A stretch of DNA of 64,000 nucleotides from Eubacteriales bacterium (GCA_045635765.1 JAZTWH010000077.1:10369-74368), one strand, 5' to 3'; counted from the first letter of the stretch, positions 1 through 9,865 are shown. Notes: generated from the sequence alone by a model not told the origin. Numbers and translations: made by a program.

Positions 1-1096
1 AACAACCGATATCCCCCAAGACCGTAATCTTTTTCTTGGAAAGGATGTAAAACAACCCTCTGTGGGGGCATCCCGCACACATCACGGGAGGACGGACGGG
101 GATAGCCTCGGCGGGGGCGATAAATTCCTTTTCCGTCTGGCCGAGAACTTTTGCGATCAGCCCTTGAGAAAATTCTCCGCAGATGGGGAAAAGATTCTTT
201 CCGTCCACCGGGAGGCCCAAGGCCCGGCAATGATTTTCAATTACGGGATCCAGTTCTTCTATAACGCAGACCCGATCCACCTGCTTGGCGAAGTCGAGAA
301 TCCGGTCCACGGGGAGGGGATTGACCAATCCCAGCTTGAGGACCGAAACGCTGTCTCCGAAGATCTCCTTAACGTAATGATAGCAGGTTCCCGAGGTGAT
401 AATCCCCAGCTTTCGATCGGAGGCAAGCTCCGTACGGTTGAGGGAAGTCTTTTCCGCCAGGGCAACCAGGGCGGCGGTTCTCTCCTCTACCGCGGGATGG
501 CGGCGAATGGCGTTTGCGGGAGCCATAATATATTTTTGCGGATTTTTTACGTATTCTTTTCTGGCCACTTGATCGGGCTCATCCATAGAAACGGCACACT
601 GAGAGTGTGCGATCCGGGTGCACATACGAAGGAGCACGGGAGTGTCGTATTCTTCCGAGAGTGCGAAGGCCTGCTTTGCAAATTCCTTTGCCTCGGAGGC
701 GTCGGAAGGCTCAAGCATGGGCAGTTTTGCGGCGTTGGCGTAGTGACGGGAATCCTGCTCGTTTTGGGAGGAGTGCATCCCGGGATCATCGGCCACGCAG
801 ATCACAAGCCCGCCGTTGACCCCCGTGTAAGAGAGGGTGAACAGAGGATCTGCCGCTACGTTGAGTCCCACGTGCTTCATACAGCAGGCAGCTCTTGCCC
901 CTGCCAAGGACGCCCCGAAGGCAACCTCGCAGGCAACCTTTTCGTTGGGAGCCCATTCACAGTAGAGCTCATCGTATTTTGCCGCATATTCAGTAATTTC
1001 GGTGGAGGGCGTTCCGGGGTAGGAGGATACGACCTTGCATCCTGCCTCCAAAAAGCCTCTTGCCACCGCTTCATTTCCAAGCATTAATTTTTTCAT
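1..1096 (-). CDS. iorA: Indolepyruvate:ferredoxin oxidoreductase alpha subunit (IorA), N-terminal ~365 codons; gene runs off the left edge
   Basis: Absent from the ORF track because it is open at the edge. My minus-strand translation from ATG 1096-1094 gives MKKLMLGNEAVARGFLEAGCKVVSSYPGTPSTEITEYAAKY...VADDPGMHSSQNEQDSRHY...VMCAGCPHRGLFY. The + ORF 62..1087 is its antisense shadow. Confidence 0.85.
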   Translation of the reverse strand, partial: MKKLMLGNEAVARGFLEAGCKVVSSYPGTPSTEITEYAAKYDELYCEWAPNEKVACEVAFGASLAGARAACCMKHVGLNVAADPLFTLSYTGVNGGLVICVADDPGMHSSQNEQDSRHYANAAKLPMLEPSDASEAKEFAKQAFALSEEYDTPVLLRMCTRIAHSQCAVSMDEPDQVARKEYVKNPQKYIMAPANAIRRHPAVEERTAALVALAEKTSLNRTELASDRKLGIITSGTCYHYVKEIFGDSVSVLKLGLVNPLPVDRILDFAKQVDRVCVIEELDPVIENHCRALGLPVDGKNLFPICGEFSQGLIAKVLGQTEKEFIAPAEAIPVRPPVMCAGCPHRGLFYILSKKKITVLGDIGC

Positions 1097-1148
1097 GAAT
1101 GGTAGACCGCCTTTTTTGAATTTGTAGATTCGTTTTCCATGGGAAGGA

Positions 1149-2720
1149 TCATTCCCCGTCCTCCAGGGAGCTGCTTGCAGGGACGGTGATCTTCGTATCA
1201 TAGCAAGCAAAGAGTGCCTCGGTGTTTTCGAGAATATGTTTCTGCGTAAAAATACTTACCACAGGAACGATAACCAGCCCGGCCAACATGGTGAGCACCC
1301 CGGAATAGAGGGAGTTTTGGAAAATAACACTAAGGACGCCGCCAAAGGTAACAACCTCCATGGAAACCAAAAGCTGAACAAGCATCATTCCAACGCCGAA
1401 GCCAAAGGATGTCCAAACCGCCGGCCGGGTCGTCTTTTTCCAGTAAAGACCGTAAAGGAAGGGTGCCAGGAAGGAACCCGCCAACGCACCCCACGAAACC
1501 CCCATCATTTGGGCAATAAAAACGAAATCCTTCCAGATAGAATCTTTGAGGATGGCAATGGCTGCCGATATTGCAATGAAAAACACGATGAGGATCCGCA
1601 TAAGAAGAAGTTTTCGTTTTTCGCTGGGCTCTTTTTTGAGGGCAGGGATCCACACGTCCAAAGAGAGGGTGGATGCGGATGTGAGCACCAGGGAGGAAAG
1701 GGTGGACATGGAGGCCGAAAGGACCAACACGATCACGACCCCGACCACGTAGGGAGAAAGATTTGCAAGCATGGATGGGATGATGGAGTCAAAGCCGCCC
1801 ACGGGCTGTCCGTTTTCGGCGGCGGGAACGAAGAGCCGTCCAAAGCCCCCCAAAAAGTAGCATCCCCCCGCCACGATCACAGCAAACAAGGTGGAAATCA
1901 GCGTTCCCTTGCGGATTGCCGCCTCATTGGAGATGGCGTAGAATTTTCCGACCATTTGGGGAAGGCCCCAGGTCCCGAGGGAGGTCAAAAGCACCACCAC
2001 CACGAGGAACGCGGGGTTGGGTCCGAAGAAAGAGGTGAACTCCCATCCACCGTTTTCGGCTGTAGAGAGGGCCTCCATGGAGCCCATAAAGCCGCCGTTT
2101 TGGTTGAGTACGGCAAGCACGACCACGACGATTCCCACCAACATCACGATACCCTGAATGAAATCGTTAATGGCCGTTGCCATATAGCCGCCGAAGATCA
2201 CGTAAATACCCGTCAGCACGGCCATGGCAAGAATACAAACCCAATAGGGAATTTCAAAGGCAATGTTGAACAGACTGGAAAGTCCGTTATAAAGGGAGGA
2301 GGTATAGGGAATCAGAAAGACAAATACGATCACCGAGGCGGCAATCTTGAGCCCCTTGGACCCGAAACGCTTCTCAAAGAAATCGGGCATGGTTTTGGAG
2401 TTAATGTGTTGTGTCATCAGCCGGGTGCGCCTTCCCAGAATATTCCACGCCAGCAGAGACCCGATAAAGGCGTTACCCAGCCCGATCCAAGTGGATGCGA
2501 TCCCAAAGTTCCAACCAAACTGCCCCGCATAGCCCACGAAAATGACTGCGGAGAAGTAGGACGTGCCGAAGGCAAAGGCCGTCAGCCAGGGTCCCACCGA
2601 TCTTCCGCCCAGAACAAAGCCGTCCACGTCGGTGGCGTGCCGCCGACAGTAGAGCCCGACGCTGATCATTAAAGCAAAAAATACGACGACGAGGATGGAT
2701 GTAAATATTTGTGCGTTCAT
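1149..2720 (-). CDS. Sodium:solute symporter (SSS) family transporter
   Basis: 523 aa and polytopic. The N-terminus ...GFVLGGRSVGPWLTAFAFGTSYFSAVIFVGYAGQFGW is typical of PutP/PanF-type SSS proteins. GGAG sits 9 nt before the ATG. Confidence 0.8.
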   Translation of the reverse strand: MNAQIFTSILVVVFFALMISVGLYCRRHATDVDGFVLGGRSVGPWLTAFAFGTSYFSAVIFVGYAGQFGWNFGIASTWIGLGNAFIGSLLAWNILGRRTRLMTQHINSKTMPDFFEKRFGSKGLKIAASVIVFVFLIPYTSSLYNGLSSLFNIAFEIPYWVCILAMAVLTGIYVIFGGYMATAINDFIQGIVMLVGIVVVVLAVLNQNGGFMGSMEALSTAENGGWEFTSFFGPNPAFLVVVVLLTSLGTWGLPQMVGKFYAISNEAAIRKGTLISTLFAVIVAGGCYFLGGFGRLFVPAAENGQPVGGFDSIIPSMLANLSPYVVGVVIVLVLSASMSTLSSLVLTSASTLSLDVWIPALKKEPSEKRKLLLMRILIVFFIAISAAIAILKDSIWKDFVFIAQMMGVSWGALAGSFLAPFLYGLYWKKTTRPAVWTSFGFGVGMMLVQLLVSMEVVTFGGVLSVIFQNSLYSGVLTMLAGLVIVPVVSIFTQKHILENTEALFACYDTKITVPASSSLEDGE

Positions 2721-2761
2721 GCTAAAAAACTCCTGAATTTTTTATGCTGTATGAATTCGGA

Positions 2762-4405
2762 TCAGTTTTTCATCTGTGCTTCCACAAGACTCCCGCCGCA
2801 GTAGGTCTCACGGAGCTTTGGCTTTTCGATCTTTCCCGTGGGGTTGCGGGGAACGGTTGCAAAGATGATTCTGCGGGGACGCTTATATTTCGGAAGGGCA
2901 AGACAAAATTCGTAGATCTCCTCTTCCGAGCAGGTCATACCCTCTTTGATCTCGATGATGGCCGCGGAGATTTCTCCCAGACGCTTATCGGGCAAGCCGA
3001 TGATGGCCACGTCCTTGATCTTTGCATGGGCCCGGAGGTGATCCTCCACCTGGACGGGATAGATATTCTCTCCCCCGCTGATAATGACGTCCTTTTTGCG
3101 GTCAACAAGGTAGATAAAGCCGTCCTCGTCTTCCTTGGCCATGTCTCCCGTTAAGAGCCAATCCCCTTTCAGGATCTCGTCGGTTGCCTTTTGGTTTTTA
3201 TAATAGCATTTCATGACGCCGGCACCCTTGACAGCCAGTTCTCCTACCTGGCCCCGGAGGACGGGGTCACCGTTTTCATCCACGATCTTCGTTTCCCACA
3301 GGTATCCGGCCTTGCCGATGGCTCCCACCTTATGGATATTCTCCATTCCCAGGTGAACGCAACCGGGCCCGATGGATTCAGAAAGCCCGTAGTTGGTGTC
3401 GTAATCGTGGGAGGGGAAGGTTTCTTTCCACCGCTTGATGAGGGAGGGGGGCACGGGCTGAGCACCAACGTGCATCAGTCGCCACTGGGAGAGCAGGTAA
3501 TCCTCCAGCTTCAAATCCCCCCGGTCGATGCAGTCCAAAATATCCTGGACCCATGGAACCAAAAGCCAAACGATGGTGGCATGCTCGTCGGATGCGGTCT
3601 GCAAGACCCATTCGGGCTTAACTCCCCGCAAAAGCACGGCTTTTCCTCCCGTAAGAAGGGAGCCGAACCAATGCATCTTCGCACCGGTATGATAGAGGGG
3701 AGGAATACACAAAAACACGTCATCCTTGGTCTGGGCGTGATGCTTCTGCTCGGTATAGCAAGCAGCAACCAGAGCCGCATGGCGATGCAAAATTGCCTTG
3801 GGAAAGCCGGTGGTTCCCGAAGAAAAATAGATGGCTCCGTCATCCTCATCCCGCAGCTCCACGGGAGGAACGGTAGTGGAGCAATAATAGGTCATTTCCC
3901 GGTAGTTGTCGGCATAGGAAGGCGTTTGGACCTTTTCACCCACGAAGAAGAGATTGTCGACCTCTCCGATCTGATCCTGAATGGCATTGATGCGGTCAAT
4001 AAACTCGGGACCGAACACCAACATCCGAACGTCGGCAAGGTCGAGACAGTATTTGATCTCATCGGAGGAATAGCGGTAATTCATGGGGACGACTAAGGCT
4101 CCCGTTTTCAAGATCCCAAAATAAATGGGAAGCCATTCCAGGCAGTTCATCATCAGAATTGCAACCTTGTCTCCCCGCTTGATCCCTCTTGTGAACAGAA
4201 GGTTTGCGAAGCGGTTTGCCTTAACGTCAAACTCTTTCCACGTAATCTCCCGGCGGTATTTGTCCGACTCGGACGCCGTATCAATCAGATTGTACTCTCT
4301 CCACGTCACGTTGCTTTCGGGCTGCTTTTCCGGGTTGATCTCCACGAGAGCCACGTCGTGGGGATATATTCTTGCATTTCTTTCCAAAAAATCCGTAATT
4401 GGCAT
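2762..4405 (-). CDS. AMP-forming acyl-CoA synthetase / acid-CoA ligase (ANL superfamily)
   Basis: 547 aa with AMP-binding core motif YFSSGTTGFPKAILHRH and C-terminal ...GKIEKPKLRE. Only 41 nt upstream of the symporter gene. Confidence 0.85.
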   Translation of the reverse strand: MPITDFLERNARIYPHDVALVEINPEKQPESNVTWREYNLIDTASESDKYRREITWKEFDVKANRFANLLFTRGIKRGDKVAILMMNCLEWLPIYFGILKTGALVVPMNYRYSSDEIKYCLDLADVRMLVFGPEFIDRINAIQDQIGEVDNLFFVGEKVQTPSYADNYREMTYYCSTTVPPVELRDEDDGAIYFSSGTTGFPKAILHRHAALVAACYTEQKHHAQTKDDVFLCIPPLYHTGAKMHWFGSLLTGGKAVLLRGVKPEWVLQTASDEHATIVWLLVPWVQDILDCIDRGDLKLEDYLLSQWRLMHVGAQPVPPSLIKRWKETFPSHDYDTNYGLSESIGPGCVHLGMENIHKVGAIGKAGYLWETKIVDENGDPVLRGQVGELAVKGAGVMKCYYKNQKATDEILKGDWLLTGDMAKEDEDGFIYLVDRKKDVIISGGENIYPVQVEDHLRAHAKIKDVAIIGLPDKRLGEISAAIIEIKEGMTCSEEEIYEFCLALPKYKRPRRIIFATVPRNPTGKIEKPKLRETYCGGSLVEAQMKN

Positions 4406-4449
4406 AGGTGCAACCTTCCTTAAATATCATAAAGAATACATATAAAATC

Positions 4450-4478
4450 ATTATAGCACAAACTTCTCATTTTGTCGA
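4450..4478 (-). promoter_or_regulatory. Sigma-A type promoter for the ligase-symporter-iorA operon
   Basis: Minus strand reads TCGACA-17 nt-TATAAT with an extended TGc, about 45 nt upstream of the start at 4405. Confidence 0.55.
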
Positions 4479-4701
4479 GTGAAAATTCAGCTTTTTTCAA
4501 TTTTTTTTACATTTTTACTGTCAAAATTGCATTTTCAGTGGAAAAGGTATGGAAAATCCAAAATTTGACGGCATATTTTTAATATATGCATTCATTTTTT
4601 AAAAAAGAGGAGTGGTTTTCGAGGTTCTGTTTCATCAGATGAAAATTCACATAATAGAAAATCCCCCGAACAGTTTCATACTGTCCTGGGGAAGGGTGCG
4701 G

Positions 4702-5643
4702 TTACACAAGGATATTCAGCAAGGCGTACATTAAGGGAATGGTAACGACACAAAGGGTGTGGGAAATCATTGCCATGGAAGCTCCGGTAGCGGTGTCTCC
4801 CCCGTAAGCGGCGGGAAAAACCACGGTGTTCAGCCCCAGGGGCGTTCCGAAAGCAAACAAGGTCATGACCAACGTTTGCTTATCCACCCGCAGAAGAATC
4901 AAAAGTCCAACGAAAAGGGCAGGCAGGACAATCAGCCGAAGGAGCGTAGCAACGTAAACCCGTTTGCGGGCAACCAGTTTTTTCAGGTCATAACCGCCAA
5001 TGACAAAGCCGGTAAGGATCATGGCAATGGGCCCCATACAGGAAGCACAATTGCCGATGGCAGAAGAGACAAAAGCAGGAACGTATTTTGTCAAGCCGGT
5101 CAAGCCCAAAAAGGCTCCGATAAAAATGGAAATAAAGACGGGATTGAGAAGGCTTTTAAAGGGATTTTGCTTCTGCTCCCCCTTGGGAATGAGAATAATC
5201 ATCCCCCAAGTATATACCGCAATATTGAGGGGAAGAATGTAAATCATGTAGGGATAGAGGGAATCCTCTCCAAGAATTGCGGGAACAATGGCGTTTCCCA
5301 TAAATGAAAAGTTCCCGAAAGTAAGGGCATATTTATAGATATTCCGCTGATAATCCTCTTTGGAAAACAACTTGGAAAGAGGAAAGGAAATACAAAGGGC
5401 AACGGCAAAAACAATGAGACAAAAAAGAATTCCCCGGGATTGCTCTCGGATGGAGGCAACGGTACAATAGTTCATAAAGGTATGGAGGACCAAGGCGGGA
5501 ATTAAAAAATAATTTTCCAGCTTGGAAAGGACCGTAGCGGAATTCTCAGGAATTAAATTTTTCTTGTGGGCAATATACCCAACCACCATGCAGGAAAACA
5601 AGACGAGCATGGGCGAGAGGGTTGCTTTGAAAATTTCAAACAT
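4702..5643 (-). CDS. AEC (auxin efflux carrier) family permease
   Basis: Polytopic ~313 aa: MFEIFKATLSPMLVLFSCMVVGYIAHKKNLIPE... with two 5-TM halves. I prefer ATG 5643 (GGAAG 8 nt upstream) to the GTG at 5652 used by the track. Confidence 0.75.
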   Translation of the reverse strand: MFEIFKATLSPMLVLFSCMVVGYIAHKKNLIPENSATVLSKLENYFLIPALVLHTFMNYCTVASIREQSRGILFCLIVFAVALCISFPLSKLFSKEDYQRNIYKYALTFGNFSFMGNAIVPAILGEDSLYPYMIYILPLNIAVYTWGMIILIPKGEQKQNPFKSLLNPVFISIFIGAFLGLTGLTKYVPAFVSSAIGNCASCMGPIAMILTGFVIGGYDLKKLVARKRVYVATLLRLIVLPALFVGLLILLRVDKQTLVMTLFAFGTPLGLNTVVFPAAYGGDTATGASMAMISHTLCVVTIPLMYALLNILV

Positions 5644-5671
5644 AACAAGCACTTCCGTAACAACAAAAGCA

Positions 5672-5700
5672 ACGGCACGACCCGGATAGAGTCGTGCCGT
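5672..5700 (-). terminator. Intrinsic terminator after rplL
   Basis: 10-bp GC-rich stem ACGGCACGAC/GTCGTGCCGT followed on the minus strand by tgcttttgttgtt. Confidence 0.7.
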
Positions 5701-5719
5701 CGTTTCACGTGAGGTGAAA

Positions 5720-6100
5720 TTACTTCAATTCAACCTTAGCGCCGGCAGCTTCGAGAGCTTCCTTAGCGGCATCGGCATCGGCCTTGGAAACCTTTTCCTT
5801 GACAGCCTTGGGAGCACCGTCAGCGATTTCCTTGGATTCCTTCAGGCCCAGTCCGGTGATTTCACGGATGACCTTAATAACGCCCATCTTAGAAGCACCG
5901 ACGTCGGTGAGGATGACATCGTATTCATCCTTTTCAGCAGCGGCAGCAGCACCACCTTCTGCGGGAGCAGCGGCAACGACGGTTGCAGCAGCGGCAGAAA
6001 CGCCGAATTCTTCTTCGATTGCCTTAACCAGTTCAGCAACTTCGATGATGGTAAGAGTTTTGAGTTCTTCAACAATGTTAGTGATCTTTTCGCTAGCCAT
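5720..6100 (-). CDS. rplL: 50S ribosomal protein L7/L12
   Basis: 126 aa: [34 protein letters not shown], an Ala-rich hinge, then ...[18 protein letters not shown]...AGAKVELK. Confidence 0.97.
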   Translation of the reverse strand: MASEKITNIVEELKTLTIIEVAELVKAIEEEFGVSAAAATVVAAAPAEGGAAAAAEKDEYDVILTDVGASKMGVIKVIREITGLGLKESKEIADGAPKAVKEKVSKADADAAKEALEAAGAKVELK

Positions 6101-6150
6101 TTTAAATTTCCTCCTAAATAGAAAGTTTTTTAGTTTGCGTGATAATTAAC

Positions 6151-6672
6151 TCACGCTTCTGCGGATTCGGCCGCAGGCTCGGACATTTTTTCCACGTACT
6201 GATTCAACACCACAGCCAGGTTGCGGGTAGAAGCCTGGAGAACGTACATAAGGTTGACCAAAGACTGTTCCTTGGAGGGAACTGCCGCCAGAGCCTTAAC
6301 GCCGCTTTCATCCATTACTTCGCCTTCACAGAAGCCGGCTTTGATCTTGAAGTTTTCGTGATCCTTCGCAAACTTGCAGAGGATCTTTGCAGGAGCGACA
6401 ACGTCTTCGGTGGAAGTTGCCAATGCGGTGGTACCTTCCATATGGACGTCAAGGGCTTCGTAACCGACGTTCTTCAGAGCGAACTTGACCAACGTATTCT
6501 TCACGACGGTATATTCGACACCTGCGGCCCGCAGCTCACGACGCAGCTGGGTATCGTCCGCAACGTTGATACCGCTGTAATCAACGAAGACACCGGCCTT
6601 CGCACCCTGGAGACGATCCGTGATCTGGGTTACGACCTGCTTCTTGGATTCAAGAATCTTTTCACTTGCCAT
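6151..6672 (-). CDS. rplJ: 50S ribosomal protein L10
   Basis: MASEKILESKKQVVTQITDRLQGAKAGVFVDYSGINV...LRRELRAAGVEYTVVKNTL. Start moved to ATG 6672, which follows GGAGGTG; the track extension to 6723 covers the leader attenuator. Confidence 0.93.
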   Translation of the reverse strand: MASEKILESKKQVVTQITDRLQGAKAGVFVDYSGINVADDTQLRRELRAAGVEYTVVKNTLVKFALKNVGYEALDVHMEGTTALATSTEDVVAPAKILCKFAKDHENFKIKAGFCEGEVMDESGVKALAAVPSKEQSLVNLMYVLQASTRNLAVVLNQYVEKMSEPAAESAEA

Positions 6673-6824
6673 TATTTTCACCTCCGAGAAAAGACATGGA
6701 CAACAAAAAATGCTCTTTTGCACCTACGAGGGCAAAAGAGCACAAAAAGCCATCCGGCTTATGAACGTTATCTTGCATCCTCGATAGGCATATTTCAGCA
6801 TAAAGCACCTATTGTCTTAGGAAC
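6673..6824 (-). promoter_or_regulatory. Ribosomal protein L10 leader (autoregulatory 5' UTR with attenuator hairpin)
   Basis: About 150-nt UTR between the promoter and rplJ. It contains the hairpin tgctcttttgc-N10-gcaaaagagca followed by tttttt, just before the RBS. Position and architecture match L10-leader elements of Firmicutes. Confidence 0.6.
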
Positions 6825-6830
6825 TTGGTC

Positions 6831-6859
6831 ATTATAACACACTTTGCAAGGGATGTCAA
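6831..6859 (-). promoter_or_regulatory. Consensus sigma-A promoter of rplJL
   Basis: Minus strand reads TTGACA-17 nt-TATAAT exactly. The -35 box overlaps the radC stop codon. Confidence 0.7.
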
Positions 6860-7671
6860 GGGGTATGCTGTAAAGTTTTCTTTTTTGTCATAATATCTGC
6901 AACCATAGACTCTTGTTTGATGACAAATTGGGGCATTCCGCTGGAATCCTTCACCTGACGGACCTTATAATAGAAACGGTTTTTCCCGTCCATTTGCCCG
7001 CTGGCACCCAAAGAGACGAAGTCTCCCCTGCCGTCAAAGATCAAATGGTCCAGCAATCGGCATCCGCCGGAGGAAATTACCTTTCGGAGAGAATCGGTCA
7101 CCTCGTAATCCGCCTGGGAAGGCAGAGCGATCCCCGAGGGGTGATTATGGGCAAGAACAATATCGCAGGGACTATTTTGGTATGCAAATTGATAAGCCAG
7201 CCCCTCATTGACGGGAGCAGAATCAAAGTCTCCGTTTCCGATCTCAATTTCCGCAAAGACTTCTCCTTCCTGGTCGAGAGCCATGGCAATAACGTGCTCG
7301 GCGGTTCTTCCGAAAAATTTGGAAAGATACTGTCCTCCCACGTGCTTCGGATCGTAGGCTTTGGGGCTTTTTTCGGAAAGCCGGCTCCGCAGGTCCCGGC
7401 GGAACAGTTCAAAAACCACGGGAAACAGCAGAGACGAAGTTTCGCCCATTCCGGGGACCTGAGAAATGCGGAAGGCGTCTGCACTCATCAGCTTGGAGAG
7501 AGACCCGAACCGATGCAATAAATCGTGGGCAAGGGTATTGGTGTCCTTCTGTGGGATGGCGTAAAACAACAGCAATTCCACCAGTTCGTGGTCTTCCAGG
7601 CTGTCCGGGGATTTCTTAAATCGGTTCCGCAATCGGGCCCGGTGACCGGCGTGATGATGTTTATAAGGCAT
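6856..7671 (-). CDS. radC: RadC-like JAB/MPN domain protein with a ~50-aa C-terminal extension
   Basis: 271 aa with N-terminal HhH-like region ...ELVELLLFYAIPQKDTNTLAHDLLHRFGSL and JAMM motif LAHNHPSG...PSQADYEVT. Confidence 0.85.
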   Translation of the reverse strand: MPYKHHHAGHRARLRNRFKKSPDSLEDHELVELLLFYAIPQKDTNTLAHDLLHRFGSLSKLMSADAFRISQVPGMGETSSLLFPVVFELFRRDLRSRLSEKSPKAYDPKHVGGQYLSKFFGRTAEHVIAMALDQEGEVFAEIEIGNGDFDSAPVNEGLAYQFAYQNSPCDIVLAHNHPSGIALPSQADYEVTDSLRKVISSGGCRLLDHLIFDGRGDFVSLGASGQMDGKNRFYYKVRQVKDSSGMPQFVIKQESMVADIMTKKKTLQHTP

Positions 7672-7733
7672 GGATGATTCTCTTTTCTATGGTTTGGGGC
7701 CCCTGACGGGCGTTCTGTTTTACGACACAATAC

Positions 7734-7761
7734 ACTCCCCAAATTAAAAAACTTGGGGAGT
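7734..7761 (-). terminator. Stem-loop after rhaD
   Basis: ACTCCCCAA-N10-TTGGGGAGT, a 9-bp stem 20 nt downstream of the rhaD stop. The T-tract is weak. Confidence 0.5.
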
Positions 7762-7780
7762 GAAAGCATTGGATTCCGAA

Positions 7781-8605
7781 TTATCCAAGGAAATCGTGAT
7801 TCAAGGTGATTTTGAAATCCTTTTCGATGGCGAGGAAATATTCGTCGGTGATGGTTTGAAGGATGGGCTTGCCGGTGTGAAGGATGTTCAGATAGATCTG
7901 AGCAGACTTCTCAACGGTGTGCATCAGCCCGAAGGTATTGTCGAAATCGGTGCTGGCACAGAAGATCCCGTGATGGGCCCAAATGGCCACATCGAACTCC
8001 TTCATGTAATCGCTGGTTGCCTTGGCAATCTCCAGACCTCCGGGCATCATCCAGGGAAGCACGGCAACGCCGTGGGGGAAGATAATGGGGCACTCGGTCA
8101 TGGTGCTCCACAGGGCACGGGAGAAGGTTTTGTTATCCAAAGGCAGAACGAAGGTCAACGCGATCACGCCCACGGGGTGGCAGTGATAAATCACACGGTA
8201 GTCGGGATTTGCGGCCTTTTTCACAGAATGGTTCATCAGATGGCTGGGGAATTCGCTGGTGGGACGGTCTTTCCCGTCGTTCAGACCCCAAACGAGACGG
8301 TAAGCGTCGCCGGCGGCATTGATTTCCGCAATTCCGATGGCCAATTCGGGGGAAACGGTGAAATTCTGAAAGAATTTTCCGGTTCCGGTGGTCATGAAAT
8401 ATTCTCCGGCCAGGTTTGCGACGGTCATTCCCAAGGAAATCCATTCCCCGGGAGCGTAGAAGTAAGGACGGCAATCCTCCACCTCATCGGCCTTCATCCG
8501 ATAGGTCAGGTTTCCGCCGTTGCGTTCGTGCCAGCCCTGCTTCCAGCCTTCATCGCCCAGGCGAATGAAGCCCTGCATAACATTGGTATCAAAAATGGTA
8601 GACAT
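7781..8605 (-). CDS. rhaD: Rhamnulose-1-phosphate aldolase
   Basis: 274 aa, collinear with E. coli RhaD: ...GWHERNGGNLTYR...TGTGKFFQN...HCHP...FPHGVAVLPWMMPG... Confidence 0.93.
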   Translation of the reverse strand: MSTIFDTNVMQGFIRLGDEGWKQGWHERNGGNLTYRMKADEVEDCRPYFYAPGEWISLGMTVANLAGEYFMTTGTGKFFQNFTVSPELAIGIAEINAAGDAYRLVWGLNDGKDRPTSEFPSHLMNHSVKKAANPDYRVIYHCHPVGVIALTFVLPLDNKTFSRALWSTMTECPIIFPHGVAVLPWMMPGGLEIAKATSDYMKEFDVAIWAHHGIFCASTDFDNTFGLMHTVEKSAQIYLNILHTGKPILQTITDEYFLAIEKDFKITLNHDFLG

Positions 8606-8625
8606 GGTATTTCCTCCAATTTTTA

Positions 8626-9864
8626 TTAAACGCGCTTCAAAAGAACGTTTTTCTCATATTCCCGGACCTGAGCCAGCCATTCGACTCCTTCGGGAACGTT
8701 ATTTCGGCGGCAATATTCCGCCCAAACGTCACCGAAGGGCAGGGTCTTGGCCTCTTCGGACCAAACCAGCATATCGGTGAAGTTTCCTTCGTTCTGGGCA
8801 GCCTTCATATCGGGCTGGAGCAGGGCAAAGAGAAGGGCCTTCTGCATATTGCGGGTTCCGACGATCCAGGCGGCGATCCGATTGATGCTGGCGTCAAAGA
8901 AGTCCAGACGGATCAGGACTTTTTCGGTAGCATCGTTGCGGACGACCCCCTTTGCGATCTCCTTCAGTTCATCGTCGAAGATCACCACGTGACCCGAGTC
9001 CCAACGGACGGGGCGGGAAACGTGGAGAGGAATTTTATCGAAGAAGGGCAAGAGGGCGGGGATTTTATCGCTGACCACTTCCGTGGGATGGAAATGTCCG
9101 TTATCCAAAAGGTAATAGACACCGGGATGAGAAGCGGCGTAGGAAACGTAGAATTCGCCGGAGCCGACGGTGTAGGATTCCACCCCGATTCCGAAGACTT
9201 TACTTTCCACACAGTCGATGACGCCGTCCAGCTTTTCCGCAAAGATCTGATCAAGGCTGTCCTTCAGACGCATCCGGGGTCCGAGACGGTCGGCAGGAAT
9301 ATCCTTGTAGCCGTCGGGGATCCAAACGTTGTTCAGGCAGTGGGTTCCCAGCTCCTTGGCAAAATAAGCGGCAATGCGGCGGCAGGCAATCCCGTGGCGG
9401 ATCCAGAAGCTGCGGATCTCTTCGTTGGGATGGGAAAGGGTCAGACCGTCGGCGGCCAAAGGATGGGAGAAATACGTAGGATTAAAATCCAGGCCGATGT
9501 CGTGCTTCTTGGCAAATTCCACCCATTTTGCAAAATGCTTGGGCTCAAGAGCGTCCCGGTCCACGGGCTCGCCGTCGAAAATAGCGTAGCAAGCGTGGAG
9601 ATTGAGGCGCTTTTTGCCGGGAATGATCTTGTAGGCTTCTTCCAGGTCGGCCATCAATTCTTCGGGGGTCCGGGCACGGCCGGGATAATTGCCGGTGGTG
9701 TGAATTCCCCCGGTAAGGCCGGCGTCGGGGCTGGCAAAGCCGAGAACGTCGTCGCCTTGCCAGCAATGCATGCTGACGGGGATATTTTTCAGAGTCTCCA
9801 AAGCCTTTTCGGGGTCAATACCAAGGGAAAGATACTGTTGTTTTGCACTTTCGTAACGGTTCAT
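8626..9864 (-). CDS. rhaA: L-rhamnose isomerase
   Basis: ...[11 protein letters not shown]...[14 protein letters not shown]...[23 protein letters not shown], collinear with E. coli RhaA. Start set to ATG 9864, 6 nt after AAGGAG and 1 nt after the rhaB stop. Confidence 0.95.
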   Translation of the reverse strand: MNRYESAKQQYLSLGIDPEKALETLKNIPVSMHCWQGDDVLGFASPDAGLTGGIHTTGNYPGRARTPEELMADLEEAYKIIPGKKRLNLHACYAIFDGEPVDRDALEPKHFAKWVEFAKKHDIGLDFNPTYFSHPLAADGLTLSHPNEEIRSFWIRHGIACRRIAAYFAKELGTHCLNNVWIPDGYKDIPADRLGPRMRLKDSLDQIFAEKLDGVIDCVESKVFGIGVESYTVGSGEFYVSYAASHPGVYYLLDNGHFHPTEVVSDKIPALLPFFDKIPLHVSRPVRWDSGHVVIFDDELKEIAKGVVRNDATEKVLIRLDFFDASINRIAAWIVGTRNMQKALLFALLQPDMKAAQNEGNFTDMLVWSEEAKTLPFGDVWAEYCRRNNVPEGVEWLAQVREYEKNVLLKRV

Positions 9865-9865
9865 A

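Noticed and set aside
62-1087. 341-aa + strand ORF at the left edge
   Set aside because: Its sequence is low-complexity and Gly/Arg-rich. It lies exactly antisense to a convincing IorA frame (MKKLMLGNEAVARG...) that the track omits only because that frame is open at the window edge.
1236-2672. 478-aa + strand ORF rich in His, Gly, Lys and Pro
   Set aside because: It is the antisense shadow of the SSS symporter gene. It has no RBS and a non-protein-like composition.
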